Assembly: GCA_965248195.1 (NCBI GenBank)
Contig: CBDFIQ010000002.1
Span: forward strand, 2,176,001 to 2,240,000
Length of the DNA stretch: 64,000 nucleotides
Direction of reading: 5' to 3'
DNA from: Longimicrobiales bacterium
GTDB lineage: Bacteria; Gemmatimonadota; Gemmatimonadetes; Longimicrobiales; Gaopeijiaceae
Shown: positions 1-9,392 of the stretch, one piece after another
How the letters are laid out: each line of letters opens with the position of its first letter
Position numbering within the stretch: position 1 is the stretch's first letter
Program-made: the position numbers and the translations under genes
The notes under the pieces: generated by a model
Seen by the model: the letters and a program-made list of their open reading frames with translations, nothing else
What the model was told of the DNA's origin: nothing
Database searches by the model: none

Positions 1-683
1 GTGTCCACCATGTCGTCGATGAGCAAACAAGTTCTCCCCTCCACGTCACCGACCACATTCGCAACCTCGGCCATGTTGGGCCCCGGGCGCCGTTTGTCGA
101 TGATTGCCAGCGCCGCGTGGAGCCGGTTGGCGAACCCGCGCGCCATCTTCGCTGACCCGACGTCGGGCGCAACCACAACGAGGTCGGACAGCTTCTTGTC
201 TAGGAAATACCGGGTCAACACAGGCGCCGCATAGAGGTGATCCACCGGGATGTCGAAAAAAGCCTGGATCTGATGCTGGTGGAAATCCATCCCGATCATT
301 CGGTCGGCACCGGCGGCCACCATGAGATTCGCGGCGAGTTTTGCACCGATCGCCACGCGGGGCTGGTCTTTCCGATCTTGCCGGCCATAGCCGAAATAGG
401 GGACGACCGCCGTCACCCGAGCGGCTGAGGCGCGCGTGGCAGCATCGATCAAGAGCAGTAGCTCCATGATCGAATCCGCCGGAGCGACGGTGGGTTGAAT
501 GATGAAAACGTCTCGCCCACGCGCATTGTGGTCGATGCGCACGAAGATTTCGCCGTCAGCAAAGTTTCGGATCGTCGCCGACTCGGAGCTCTCCATGAGG
601 ATCTGTCCGATTTCGGCCGCCAAGGGGCGATTGGCCCGCCCGGCAAGGAGCAGAAGCGGACCTCTGCGAAACGTGTCGTCCAT
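1..683 (-). CDS. prs: Ribose-phosphate pyrophosphokinase (3' part runs off the window)
   Basis: Manual translation from ATG at 683: MDDTFRRGPLLLLAGRANRPLA...FADGEIFVRID...YFGYGRQDRK...VVVAPDVG...IIDKRR...LLIDDMVD; classic PRPP synthetase motifs. Confidence 0.97.
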   Translation of the reverse strand, partial: MDDTFRRGPLLLLAGRANRPLAAEIGQILMESSESATIRNFADGEIFVRIDHNARGRDVFIIQPTVAPADSIMELLLLIDAATRASAARVTAVVPYFGYGRQDRKDQPRVAIGAKLAANLMVAAGADRMIGMDFHQHQIQAFFDIPVDHLYAAPVLTRYFLDKKLSDLVVVAPDVGSAKMARGFANRLHAALAIIDKRRPGPNMAEVANVVGDVEGRTCLLIDDMVD

Positions 684-725
684 GGATCTCAACTGGGAAT
701 CGGCGCCAAACGGCAATAGCCAAAA

Positions 726-754
726 AAGCTAGACAGTGTCGGTCGGAGCGTCAA
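726..754 (-). promoter_or_regulatory. Sigma70-like promoter for prs
   Basis: TTGACG (754-749), 17-nt spacer, TAGCTT (731-726), about 43 nt upstream of the prs ATG. Confidence 0.6.
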
Positions 755-824
755 CGCCGAACCGCTTACGGAGTGGGCCAGCCTGACCCACTACCCCGCT
801 TGCGGTGTCGCTGTCTTTAGGGAG

Positions 825-1922
825 TTAGGGAACGATCTCGACCGTGCGTGTGCGCACCAACTCCTCGCGGCCCGTGGCCGTGACCCTCAGGCGGAAGACA
901 TAATCCCCCACATCCACCTCGGGGATCGTGACTTCCACCGATCGGAACCAGGGGCCGATTTCGGCTGGGCCGGGTTCGCTCCATACGAGTTGGAGCGGTT
1001 CCTCCCGGCTGCCGAAGCCCAACCAACGGCCGATCCTTCCGAAGAAACCCTCCCCTTTCTCGTAGAAGCTCAACTCGAAGGAGACGTCCTCTGGTCTCCA
1101 CCCCAACCCGAAGACCTCCCATCCGATTACAAGTGGTTTGTCCGCTTCCAACCGAGTAGAAGACCGCATCGACGGACCCAAAGGTGAATCCCCCAGGAGG
1201 ATGAGATCCGAAAGGGTGGCAAGATCATCCGGGAGCGCCTCGGTCGTGATTCCGTCCCATTCGCCCTCGTCAGCGGCATCTTCTAGAACATCCGAGCCCT
1301 TTCCGTCGAGTAACACCGAGGGGTCCTGCCACTTTCGCGCCTCTTCCGAATCCATGGTCTCGAAGCCGCGGCGGAAGCGCTGCAAGGCCGTCTCGTACCG
1401 GCCCATGCCGTGGAGCGCGAAGCCCTCGAGGACGCGGCACCACGACAAGGCAGCGCCACCACAAGCCCGAGCCACGCGAGCCGCATCCTCCCATTCGCCC
1501 GCCTCACCCAGGTACCGGATCCGCTGCCCGAGAATCCATTCGTCTGCCGGTATGTGCCCCGCGGCGGTGGCCAAGATCGTGAGCAGATCGTTGCGAGCCT
1601 CGACCAGCTCAGAAGGATCCGGGACGGGCTCCCAATCGTCCTCCCCTCCGTGCCAGAGGCAGAGACGTCCGATCCGCTCCTCGCAGGGGCGCCTGCCTCC
1701 AGCCCAAACGTAAGGCAGCAACCGGCGGCGGATCCGCTCGAAGCGCGCCTGAGCGCCCTCGGCCTGGCCGCGGATGCGGGTGGAGTCGGAGGCGGACCGC
1801 TCCTCCAGTTGCGGCTGGAGAACCACAGACGCCGATGGCGTGGCGAGTGTGATGGGGCCGGGAGCGCCACTGAGTCCAAGTGGAAGCCCACCGGCGCACA
1901 GGAGCGCGATAAGGATGCGAAC
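825..1922 (-). CDS. Hypothetical secreted protein with TPR-like helical N-terminal half and beta-rich C-terminal domain; start uncertain
   Basis: Long ORF (track 825..2009) whose 5' end overlaps the tRNA; signal-peptide-like VRILIALLCAGG...LSGA begins just after the tRNA; first canonical start after the tRNA is GTG at 1826. Confidence 0.7.
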   Translation of the reverse strand, partial: VRILIALLCAGGLPLGLSGAPGPITLATPSASVVLQPQLEERSASDSTRIRGQAEGAQARFERIRRRLLPYVWAGGRRPCEERIGRLCLWHGGEDDWEPVPDPSELVEARNDLLTILATAAGHIPADEWILGQRIRYLGEAGEWEDAARVARACGGAALSWCRVLEGFALHGMGRYETALQRFRRGFETMDSEEARKWQDPSVLLDGKGSDVLEDAADEGEWDGITTEALPDDLATLSDLILLGDSPLGPSMRSSTRLEADKPLVIGWEVFGLGWRPEDVSFELSFYEKGEGFFGRIGRWLGFGSREEPLQLVWSEPGPAEIGPWFRSVEVTIPEVDVGDYVFRLRVTATGREELVRTRTVEIVP

Positions 1923-1937
1923 TCCACCCCCTAAGAG

Positions 1938-2008
1938 TTGGCCCGGATGGATTCGAACCATCACCGCCGGTGCCAAAGACCGGTGTCCTGCCATTAGACG
2001 ACGGGCCA
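1938..2008 (-). tRNA. tRNA-Gln (anticodon TTG), CCA not encoded
   Basis: TGGCCCG/CGGGCCA acceptor stem, D-arm GTCTAATGGCAGGAC, anticodon arm CCGGT-CTTTGGC-ACCGG, T-loop GGTTCGAATCC; usual ispE-tRNA-Gln-prs context. Confidence 0.96.
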
Positions 2009-2114
2009 TAAGAATTGTCAGTCTGACCGCTTCTGTCCAACCGGGTCCGATGCGCGAGCTTGGAGCGGGTGATCAATCCTACCCGAGGCTTTCGATCCGT
2101 TCAACCCAAGCCGC

Positions 2115-3014
2115 CTAAGACTTCACGGAGACGGAGGTGGGCTCGGGTTGGGATGCCAACGTTTCGGTGACCACGAAGCGCACATCGGTCCACGACGTGG
2201 ACAGAGACGCCCGGGCCTGATCCGCTGCCGCTCGCTCCTTGAAGAGACCGAACAGCGCCGCCCCGCTTCCCGAAAGCCGTGCGGTGAGCGCCCCCGCCTC
2301 TTGCAGGGCCTCTCTGAGTTTTCCAAGCTCGGGGTGGGACTCGAACACGCTGGCTTCGAAGTCGTTTACAGCCAGCTCCGCCAGGATCTCCGGCCGGCAC
2401 AGCGCGTCGAGGGCCAGGGTCGCTGGCGTGATGCGTTCCGGGACGCTCAGATACTCATACGCCTCGCCGGTAGCGATATGAAGCGAGGGAAGGGCGAGTA
2501 GGACAAAGAGGCGAAGGGCGCCCGGAAGCGGCACCAGACGCTCCCCCCTTCCCCACGCGAGCGCGGTGCCGGCACCGGACGCGAAAAACGGCACGTCCGC
2601 CCCGAGTCGTCCCGCGATCTGGAGGAGCGCCGACGCCGACAACGGCGCTCCGAGCAACGTGTTGAGGGCCCTCAGGGTCGCGCCGGCATCGGAAGACCCT
2701 CCACCGAGCCCGGCCCCGACGGGAATATTCTTCGTGAGGTGAACGTGCACACCCGTGGTGAACCCCGCCGCTTCGAGTAAGGCATCCGCGGCCCGATACG
2801 CCAGGTTTTCTTCGTCGGGGCCGACCGAAGGGCCGACCACCTCGACAGAAACGCCCCGCTCCGTACGGTGAAGCAGAATCTCATCGCAAAGGTCCACCGC
2901 ACTGTAGAGTGTCTCGAGTTGGTGGTATCCGGACTCCTCCTTCGCGAGGATCCTCAAGAAGAGATTGACCTTGGCCGGCGCGGCTACCCTCACGACGGAC
3001 GTAACGTTATTCAC
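2115..3014 (-). CDS. ispE: 4-diphosphocytidyl-2-C-methyl-D-erythritol kinase
   Basis: APAKVNLFL, GYHQL, KNIPVGAGLGGGSSDA, GADVPFF, LSGSG motifs. Confidence 0.96.
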   Translation of the reverse strand: MNNVTSVVRVAAPAKVNLFLRILAKEESGYHQLETLYSAVDLCDEILLHRTERGVSVEVVGPSVGPDEENLAYRAADALLEAAGFTTGVHVHLTKNIPVGAGLGGGSSDAGATLRALNTLLGAPLSASALLQIAGRLGADVPFFASGAGTALAWGRGERLVPLPGALRLFVLLALPSLHIATGEAYEYLSVPERITPATLALDALCRPEILAELAVNDFEASVFESHPELGKLREALQEAGALTARLSGSGAALFGLFKERAAADQARASLSTSWTDVRFVVTETLASQPEPTSVSVKS

Positions 3015-4050
3015 CGCTGTTTTCTTCGCTCCCGGGGATGTATCCGCTCACCTCGCCGGCTCGTACATCCCTGACCGAGAACCCGATGCTCCACGCGTAA
3101 TACAACCCGATGATCGTGATCGGGAAAAAACCTCCGAGGTGGTAACCGAACGCAAAGGCCAGCGCGGACGGCTCGGCGACCCCATAAACACCGCTCAGCG
3201 CCAGATCCGCGCCGAGTTGGAAAGTACCGAAGAAGCCGGGCGCGGCCGGGATGGCAACCGCGAAGCCCACCACAGCCTCCGTGAAGACGGCAGCCGCAAA
3301 GCCCAGGTCGATACCGAACGCCTTGAATCCAAGCCAGAAAGAAAGTCCGTGCCAAAGCCAGAACGCGTAGCTCCACACCACGGCCTTGGTCAGAAGCACA
3401 GGGTGCCGAAGCACTTTCAGGGCACGGAGGAAGGATTCGAGCGCCACGACCACCCGCGGACCCCAACGTCCCGGAAACCGGACCAAAAGTCGCTCGGCGA
3501 GCCGTACGATGGGCTCAGGGAAAAGCAACAGCGCAACCAGACCCGCCAGGAAGATCGCGAGCAGACCGAAGGTCCCGCGGAGCACGCCTCCGAACGCCCC
3601 GGAAAGGAGTCCGTCGGCACCGGGAAAGGAGGGGAGCGCCATCGGCACCAGAAACAGCGTCACCAGTACGATCGCATCCAGGAAACGCTCCACCACCAAG
3701 CTCCCGAGCGAGCCCGATACGGTGATCGGTTCGACCCGGGTCAGCGCTAACGCCCGCGCGATCTCACCCAGCCGTGCGGGAAAGATGTTGTTCACCGCGA
3801 AGCCGATACTGATGCCGGCGAATCTGGAACGAAGTGCGGTATCCGGCTTGAGAGGATGCAGGAGCACCTTCCAACGTAGGGCCCGCACGAAGTATCCCGC
3901 CGTACCGACGAAGACTGAAGCCAGAAAATACCACGGGTTCGCCTGGGAGATTTGAGCAATGATCTCGCGTGGGTCTTCACCTCGGAGCACCCACCAGATG
4001 AAGAACGCGCTGACTGCGATGCCAAGTGCGGATTTCCAACCCATCCTCAA
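3007..4050 (-). CDS. Lysylphosphatidylglycerol synthase TM-region / flippase-like membrane protein
   Basis: Multi-TM protein; [40 protein letters not shown] motifs. Confidence 0.85.
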   Translation of the reverse strand: MRMGWKSALGIAVSAFFIWWVLRGEDPREIIAQISQANPWYFLASVFVGTAGYFVRALRWKVLLHPLKPDTALRSRFAGISIGFAVNNIFPARLGEIARALALTRVEPITVSGSLGSLVVERFLDAIVLVTLFLVPMALPSFPGADGLLSGAFGGVLRGTFGLLAIFLAGLVALLLFPEPIVRLAERLLVRFPGRWGPRVVVALESFLRALKVLRHPVLLTKAVVWSYAFWLWHGLSFWLGFKAFGIDLGFAAAVFTEAVVGFAVAIPAAPGFFGTFQLGADLALSGVYGVAEPSALAFAFGYHLGGFFPITIIGLYYAWSIGFSVRDVRAGEVSGYIPGSEENSGE

Positions 4051-4790
4051 GAGGTAACGACTCCGCTCCTCGCTTCGCGAATGAGACCGCCCATCTCGCG
4101 GACCGCACGCTCCATGCCGACAAGGACGGCCCGTGAGACGACGGAGTGCCCGATGTTCAGCTCCTCGATCGAGGCGATCGCCGCCACGGGAGTCACATTC
4201 TCATAGGTGAGACCGTGGCCCGCGTGAACGGCCAGACCCAGGCCGATAGCGATTTGGGTCGCAGATCGGAGCCGAGCCAACTGAGCTTCCCGCTCCTTGG
4301 GGTTTGCGGCGTTGGCGTACTCTCCCGTGTGAAGTTCGACGGCCGTGACGCCGAGATCGGCCGAGATCTCGAGGGTCTCTTCATCCGGATCGACGAAGAG
4401 CGAAGTCCGTATTCCCACCGATGAGAGCCTCTCCACCGCTTCGCCCGTCACCACCCGGACCCCGGGCTCACCAAGCGCTAAGCCGCCTTCGGTCGTCACC
4501 TCTTCCCGGCGTTCCGGAACCAGAGTCGCCTGCATGGGCCGCAGGTCGCACGCGATATCCAAGACATCCGTGGCCGCGGCAAGTTCAAGGTTCAGCCCTG
4601 TCCGGACGGTCTCCATGAGAACACGCACGTCGCGCTCACTCACGTGCCTGCGATCCTCTCGAAGGTGGACGGTGATGCCATCTGCGCCGGCGAGCTCCAC
4701 GAGCATCGCGGCCCGGACCGGGTCGGGCTCGTCCGTACGCCTCGCTTCACGAACGGTGGCAACGTGATCCACATTGACGTAGAACCTCAT
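4047..4790 (-). CDS. pdxJ: Pyridoxine 5'-phosphate synthase
   Basis: [42 protein letters not shown]. Confidence 0.97.
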   Translation of the reverse strand: MRFYVNVDHVATVREARRTDEPDPVRAAMLVELAGADGITVHLREDRRHVSERDVRVLMETVRTGLNLELAAATDVLDIACDLRPMQATLVPERREEVTTEGGLALGEPGVRVVTGEAVERLSSVGIRTSLFVDPDEETLEISADLGVTAVELHTGEYANAANPKEREAQLARLRSATQIAIGLGLAVHAGHGLTYENVTPVAAIASIEELNIGHSVVSRAVLVGMERAVREMGGLIREARSGVVTS

Positions 4791-4931
4791 CCCTCTACCT
4801 CGAGCAGATTTCGAACAGACTCAACCGGCCAAAAGGTAATCGGATCGGCGCACTCCCGTCGTGTGCGGTACGGCACGATACGGACGGTGTGCGATACGGG
4901 CCGTCCGCGACATGGGCCCACGGGCGTTCCA

Positions 4932-6245
4932 TCATTCCGGCGGCCCATGGTCCCGAACCAACTCGACACTCACTTGCTGAAGGAGACGGCCGGCGACGGA
5001 TCGGGGTACACGGATCTCCAGCGCGAGAACGTCTCCGTCTTGAGATTGGCCGAGGACCTCGCCCTCCCGGTACAGCATTGCCAAGGTTTCGCCATCGTGC
5101 GCACCGACCCGGACCGAGAGATGGCGAAGCCCGCCTCGAACGCGGGCCTTGAATAAAGCCCCGAGCGGCTCGAGCGTCTCGGGTCGAAGCGCGGACAGAA
5201 AGACCGCGGGCGTCGCGTCGAACGCCCGGATCCGTCTATTGAGCGCTTCCTCCTCGGCGTGGGTCAGCCGATCCACCTTGTTAAAGACCAAGATCTGTGG
5301 GCGGTCCTCCAGATCGAGGTCATCGAGAACGCCCTCGACGACGTGCTTTTGCTCCTCCCAGCGTGGGTACGACGCGTCGATGACGTGCGCCAAAACGTCC
5401 GCCTCCCGGGCCTCCTCGAGCGTCGATCGGAACGACGCGACAAGGTGGTGCGGCAACTTTCGAATGAAACCGACCGTGTCCGTGACCAGGGCCTCAAACC
5501 CCTCGCCCAGGTCCACCGAGCGTGTGGCGGAATCGAGCGTCGCGAAGAGGCGGTCCTCGACGAAAAGGTCCGCGCCGGAAAGCGCGCGGAGCAGTGAGGA
5601 CTTTCCCGCGTTCGTATATCCGACGAGGGCCACCCGGAATTTCCCTTCCCGCGATTGTCGCTGGATGGCCCGAGCCCGGGTCACGCTCTCGAGCTTTTTC
5701 CCCAGATCGGCAATTCGGCGACCGATCATGCGCCGATCCGTCTCGAGCTGGGTCTCCCCGGGGCCTCGAAGGCCCACCCCCCCACGGATACGGGAAAGGT
5801 GGGTCCACATTCGCTTCAGCCGGGGCAGCAAGTATTGAAGCTGCGCCAATTCGACTTGCATCTTGGCTTCGCCGGTGCGAGCGCGAGTAGCGAAAATGTC
5901 GAGGATGAGCTCCGCGCGATCCAGAACCCGAACACCGATACGATCCTCGAGGGCTTTCCCCTGGGCCGGTGAGAGCTCGTCGTCGAAGATTACGAGATCC
6001 GCATCGGCAACGCCCACGGACTCCCGAAGCTCATCGACCTTACCCTTTCCGATGTAAAAGCGCGAATGGGGGGCGTCGATCCGTTGGCGGACGATGTCGA
6101 CGACCTGCCCACCGGCGGTATCGGTCAACCGGGTCAACTCCTCGAGATGTTCCTGAGCTATACCCTCATCGAGGGTTTTCAGGTGAGCCCCGACGAGTAC
6201 CGCTCGATCCACACTTACGCGGTTGTCGATCAGCTGGGTAGGAAT
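4932..6245 (-). CDS. hflX: Ribosome-splitting GTPase HflX (start ATT at 6245 or GTG at 6212)
   Basis: IGKGK, LILDIFATRA, QVELAQL, GPGETQLETDRR, GYTNAGKS, FATLD, DTVGF, NKVD. Confidence 0.96.
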   Translation of the reverse strand: MPTQLIDNRVSVDRAVLVGAHLKTLDEGIAQEHLEELTRLTDTAGGQVVDIVRQRIDAPHSRFYIGKGKVDELRESVGVADADLVIFDDELSPAQGKALEDRIGVRVLDRAELILDIFATRARTGEAKMQVELAQLQYLLPRLKRMWTHLSRIRGGVGLRGPGETQLETDRRMIGRRIADLGKKLESVTRARAIQRQSREGKFRVALVGYTNAGKSSLLRALSGADLFVEDRLFATLDSATRSVDLGEGFEALVTDTVGFIRKLPHHLVASFRSTLEEAREADVLAHVIDASYPRWEEQKHVVEGVLDDLDLEDRPQILVFNKVDRLTHAEEEALNRRIRAFDATPAVFLSALRPETLEPLGALFKARVRGGLRHLSVRVGAHDGETLAMLYREGEVLGQSQDGDVLALEIRVPRSVAGRLLQQVSVELVRDHGPPE

Positions 6246-6253
6246 GTCGCCTC

Positions 6254-7663
6254 CTAACGTCCTGGATCGTGGGGGCCGTCCGCAAGAAACCCACCCTTTT
6301 CGGCCAGAGCCTTGAGGTCGGCCCGGTTGTTCGCCTCGGGACGGTCGAGGACCTCTTCCAAAAGGTAACGGAGGATTTCGCCGAAATGCGGCCCAGGGGG
6401 AAGTCCCAACTCCTTGAGGTCGGTTCCGTCCAGCGCGAGGTCCCCGATGGTGAGCGGTGGGTCTTCGCGGAGGACCGTTCGGAGCGCGTTGACGCGACGG
6501 ATCACGTGTGCTCTCTCTGACTCCTCGTGCGCACGAGCACCCGCGAGCCAGGCCCGCGCGATGTCGGGGAAGTGGGCCGGTCCGACACGATTGAGCCACC
6601 TCCGGAGATCCACGGGCTCTTCGGACGGTGGAGTTGGGGAAAGACTCGCCGCGACCGTTGCCACCCGTTTCGTATCGGCGTTTGAAAACCGAAGCCGCTC
6701 CATCAAAGTCTCGATCCCACGCCGCGTCGCGCCTTGGGGAGGGTCCTCCGCGTCGCGGGCCGTGTCCTTCGCATCGATGTCCGCCTGGCCTTGGGTCGCT
6801 GAGACGAGCGCGAAAAGGAGCGAGAGACGCACCAACGGACGGGTGCGGGACACAGCATCGCATGCGCACAGCGTATGGTCGAGGTCCAGCTGCCTGCGAG
6901 CTGCGCCTCCTCGAGGTGCGTCCGGGGGACCATCCTCCTCCCTGCCGACGATCGGGAGTCCCAGATCGAGTTCGGAATACAACTCCGCGAACACCCCTGA
7001 ATCGGCGTAGAGACCCAGCGCGATCGAGGGGCTCCGCGCCTGGGCCAACACCTTCATCAGCTCTTCTTGAATCCGCTCCGCGGATAATTGGGAAAGCTCA
7101 GGGACGGCAGAGAGAAGGGCTCGCCACGTGTCCGCTTCAATCGTGAGCCCGAACTGGCCGGCGAACCGAAGCGCCCGCAGCACACGGAGCAGATCCTCGG
7201 CGAAACGCTTCGCCGGGTCCCCAACGGTCCGGAGAATCTGTGCGACCATGTCGCTGGCGCCGTTCCACGGATCCAACAACTCGTCGCGCCCAGGGTGCCA
7301 CGCGAGCGCATTGAGAGTGAAGTCCCGGCGGGAGAGATCCTCTTCGATACGCTCTGCAAATTCCACGACGGCACGCCGACCGAAGGTCTCGACATCACGC
7401 CGGAAGGTCGTGACCTCGTAGAGCGTTCCGTCAGGAGCAAGCACGCCCACCGTTCCATGATCCACGCCGATGGGCACGGTCCGGCGGAAGGAGTCCATGA
7501 TCTGCTTCGGGTGCGCCCTTGTGGCGAAGTCCCAATCGTCCGCTGGCCGACCCAGCATGATGTCGCGAATCACTCCACCGACGACCCAGGTCTCGAACCC
7601 AGCCTCCTCGAGTGTGCGCCAGAGCCAGAGGACCTGATCGGGCGGGGATACCTCGAAATTCAT
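6254..7663 (-). CDS. cca: Class II tRNA nucleotidyltransferase (CCA-adding enzyme family)
   Basis: VGGVIRD, DWDFAT, EVTTFR, RRDFTLNA, EDLLRVLRALRF, SAERI; ATG at 7663 directly after gmhA stop. Confidence 0.88.
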   Translation of the reverse strand: MNFEVSPPDQVLWLWRTLEEAGFETWVVGGVIRDIMLGRPADDWDFATRAHPKQIMDSFRRTVPIGVDHGTVGVLAPDGTLYEVTTFRRDVETFGRRAVVEFAERIEEDLSRRDFTLNALAWHPGRDELLDPWNGASDMVAQILRTVGDPAKRFAEDLLRVLRALRFAGQFGLTIEADTWRALLSAVPELSQLSAERIQEELMKVLAQARSPSIALGLYADSGVFAELYSELDLGLPIVGREEDGPPDAPRGGAARRQLDLDHTLCACDAVSRTRPLVRLSLLFALVSATQGQADIDAKDTARDAEDPPQGATRRGIETLMERLRFSNADTKRVATVAASLSPTPPSEEPVDLRRWLNRVGPAHFPDIARAWLAGARAHEESERAHVIRRVNALRTVLREDPPLTIGDLALDGTDLKELGLPPGPHFGEILRYLLEEVLDRPEANNRADLKALAEKGGFLADGPHDPGR

Positions 7664-7667
7664 TTCC

Positions 7668-8240
7668 CTAAGAGGACCCTTCGGCGAAATGGCGATCGAC
7701 GCGCTCACAGATGGCGTGCCCGATGGCGAGGTGCAGTTCCTGCGCACGGGCAACGGTCTCGGTGGGAATTACGAGAGCGAGATCCACCTCCTGCCGGAGG
7801 CGCCCGCCACCTCGGGCGAGGAGGGCCACAGTGTGCATTCGAGCGCTCCGCGCCACCGCCGCAGCCCGAATAAGATTTTCCGACTCTCCGCTCGTGGAGT
7901 GGAGAAAGAGAAGGTCGCCCTCCCGGCCCAGTGCCTCCACCTGACGGGCGAACACGTCCTCGAAAGTGAAGTCGTTGGCACCGGCCGTGAGGACCGACGT
8001 GTCGGTCGTGAGCGCCAAAGCACGCAAGGGCCCGCGGCGGCGTTTGAAGCGGACCACGTATTCGGCCGCCAGGTGCTGCGCGTCCGCAGCCGAGCCGCCG
8101 TTACCGCAGAAGAACAGCGTACCCCCCTGCTCCAAGGTCTCCTGGACCATCGAACCAGCTTGAGCGATTGGCCCTTCCAACTCTTTCGCACAGGCGGCCG
8201 CCAACTCGGACAGTTCGATCAAATCGTTCGATTGATTCAT
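7668..8240 (-). CDS. gmhA: D-sedoheptulose-7-phosphate isomerase (SIS domain)
   Basis: CGNGGSAADAQHLAAE, ANDFTFEDVFARQVEALG, STSGES, QELH. Confidence 0.93.
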   Translation of the reverse strand: MNQSNDLIELSELAAACAKELEGPIAQAGSMVQETLEQGGTLFFCGNGGSAADAQHLAAEYVVRFKRRRGPLRALALTTDTSVLTAGANDFTFEDVFARQVEALGREGDLLFLHSTSGESENLIRAAAVARSARMHTVALLARGGGRLRQEVDLALVIPTETVARAQELHLAIGHAICERVDRHFAEGSS

Positions 8241-8256
8241 TTCGCCCGGCGCCTGC

Positions 8257-9075
8257 TTACCCCTTGAAGATATTGGCAAACCGATCCCAGAACCCCTCGC
8301 GAATCTGCAACGGAGGAACCGGCAAAGGCAGTTGGTCCTGGATGACCCGCCCCGGATTGGTCACCGTGAGGAGCCCGAACTGTTCCAGGCCGTCGTGCGC
8401 CGCGAAGAAACCCTCTGCGTCCCTCAAATGGATTTCGAGGTGTGCTCTGGCGTGAAAGTCGCTCGACAGATAGTCCGCCCACCCACGGGCAACAAGCTCG
8501 CACGCCGCTCCCCGTGCCTCGGGACCATAACGTCCGGTGAACGACCCATTGTTGACCTGAAGGTACGCCCCCGCGTCACGCCACGCCCCCGCGCAATTCA
8601 GGTCCTGCCTGATCCCTGTATACCGCTCGGGGTGCGCAATGATCGGATGGTACCCTGCATCCGTAATCCGCTCAATCACATGCTCCGTCCCGGGAGGAAT
8701 CTGAAGGCGGCGCCATTCGACCAGCACAAAGGAGGTGCCAGCGAGGCGAAGGCGTGCATCGGAAAAATCCGGGTCCGGAACGTCGAGCATCACCTCATGT
8801 CCCCGAAGTAGCTCGACATCCGGGAAACGCTCCTGTACCTGCTCGGCCAACTCCTGCCAGGGCCCGTCAACCTCATCCAGCCACTCCCCGAGCAGTCCCG
8901 AATCCCGTGTGTGACTCGCGTTCACATGTGGTGTCGTGACGATTCGTCCGATCCCGGCTGCCACCATGCGCTCGACGGCTTCGAGGGACTCTTCCAGTGA
9001 CCGTGCCCCATCATCGACCCCGGGTACGAGATGACTGTGAAGGTCTCCCACACGAGCTCGCCCCGCTGAAGTCAA
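8257..9075 (-). CDS. PHP-family protein-tyrosine phosphatase (CpsB/CapC-like)
   Basis: DLHSHLVPGVDDGA, TPH, IAHPERY, SSDFH. Confidence 0.9.
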   Translation of the reverse strand: MTSAGRARVGDLHSHLVPGVDDGARSLEESLEAVERMVAAGIGRIVTTPHVNASHTRDSGLLGEWLDEVDGPWQELAEQVQERFPDVELLRGHEVMLDVPDPDFSDARLRLAGTSFVLVEWRRLQIPPGTEHVIERITDAGYHPIIAHPERYTGIRQDLNCAGAWRDAGAYLQVNNGSFTGRYGPEARGAACELVARGWADYLSSDFHARAHLEIHLRDAEGFFAAHDGLEQFGLLTVTNPGRVIQDQLPLPVPPLQIREGFWDRFANIFKG

Positions 9076-9392
9076 GCGACTGTCCCTCCGGCCGACACCC
9101 GGACAAGGACTTCACGGAGCACGGCTCGTACGTCGGCTACCTCGGAGGCGGCTTCGCAGCCGTAGGTGATCAACGCATCGGCAGCGAGAAGCTGATAGGC
9201 CGCCTCCCGATGCCGGCCGGGCTTCGCCACAGCCTCATCCAGATGGGCCAAACCCCCTGCGACGAGGCATTCCGGCATCGACGCCACGCCGCCATCGAGA
9301 TCTGCTTCATCATCCGGAATCTTCAACCAAGCCCTCAACTCGTCCGGAGCAGCAGGCGTGCGCGTGGCGAGCCAATCGATCGGCGACTGCAT
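9072..9392 (-). CDS. Hypothetical protein (106 aa)
   Basis: ORF overlaps the alaS stop and the phosphatase start (coupled), LLAADALITYGCEAA. Confidence 0.75.
   Translation of the reverse strand: MQSPIDWLATRTPAAPDELRAWLKIPDDEADLDGGVASMPECLVAGGLAHLDEAVAKPGRHREAAYQLLAADALITYGCEAASEVADVRAVLREVLVRVSAGGTVA

Noticed and set aside
1938..2008. tRNA-Gln as attachment site of an integrated element
   Set aside because: No duplicated tRNA 3' end or integrase seen in the window
4791..4931. Small ORF or structured RNA between hflX and pdxJ (GTGTGCG.TACGG twice)
   Set aside because: Only a 13-nt imperfect repeat and weak pairing; no SD or recognisable motif
6246..6869. 208-aa N-terminal extension of HflX in the ORF track
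   Set aside because: Alternative frame inside the cca gene with low-complexity Arg/Pro/Gly composition
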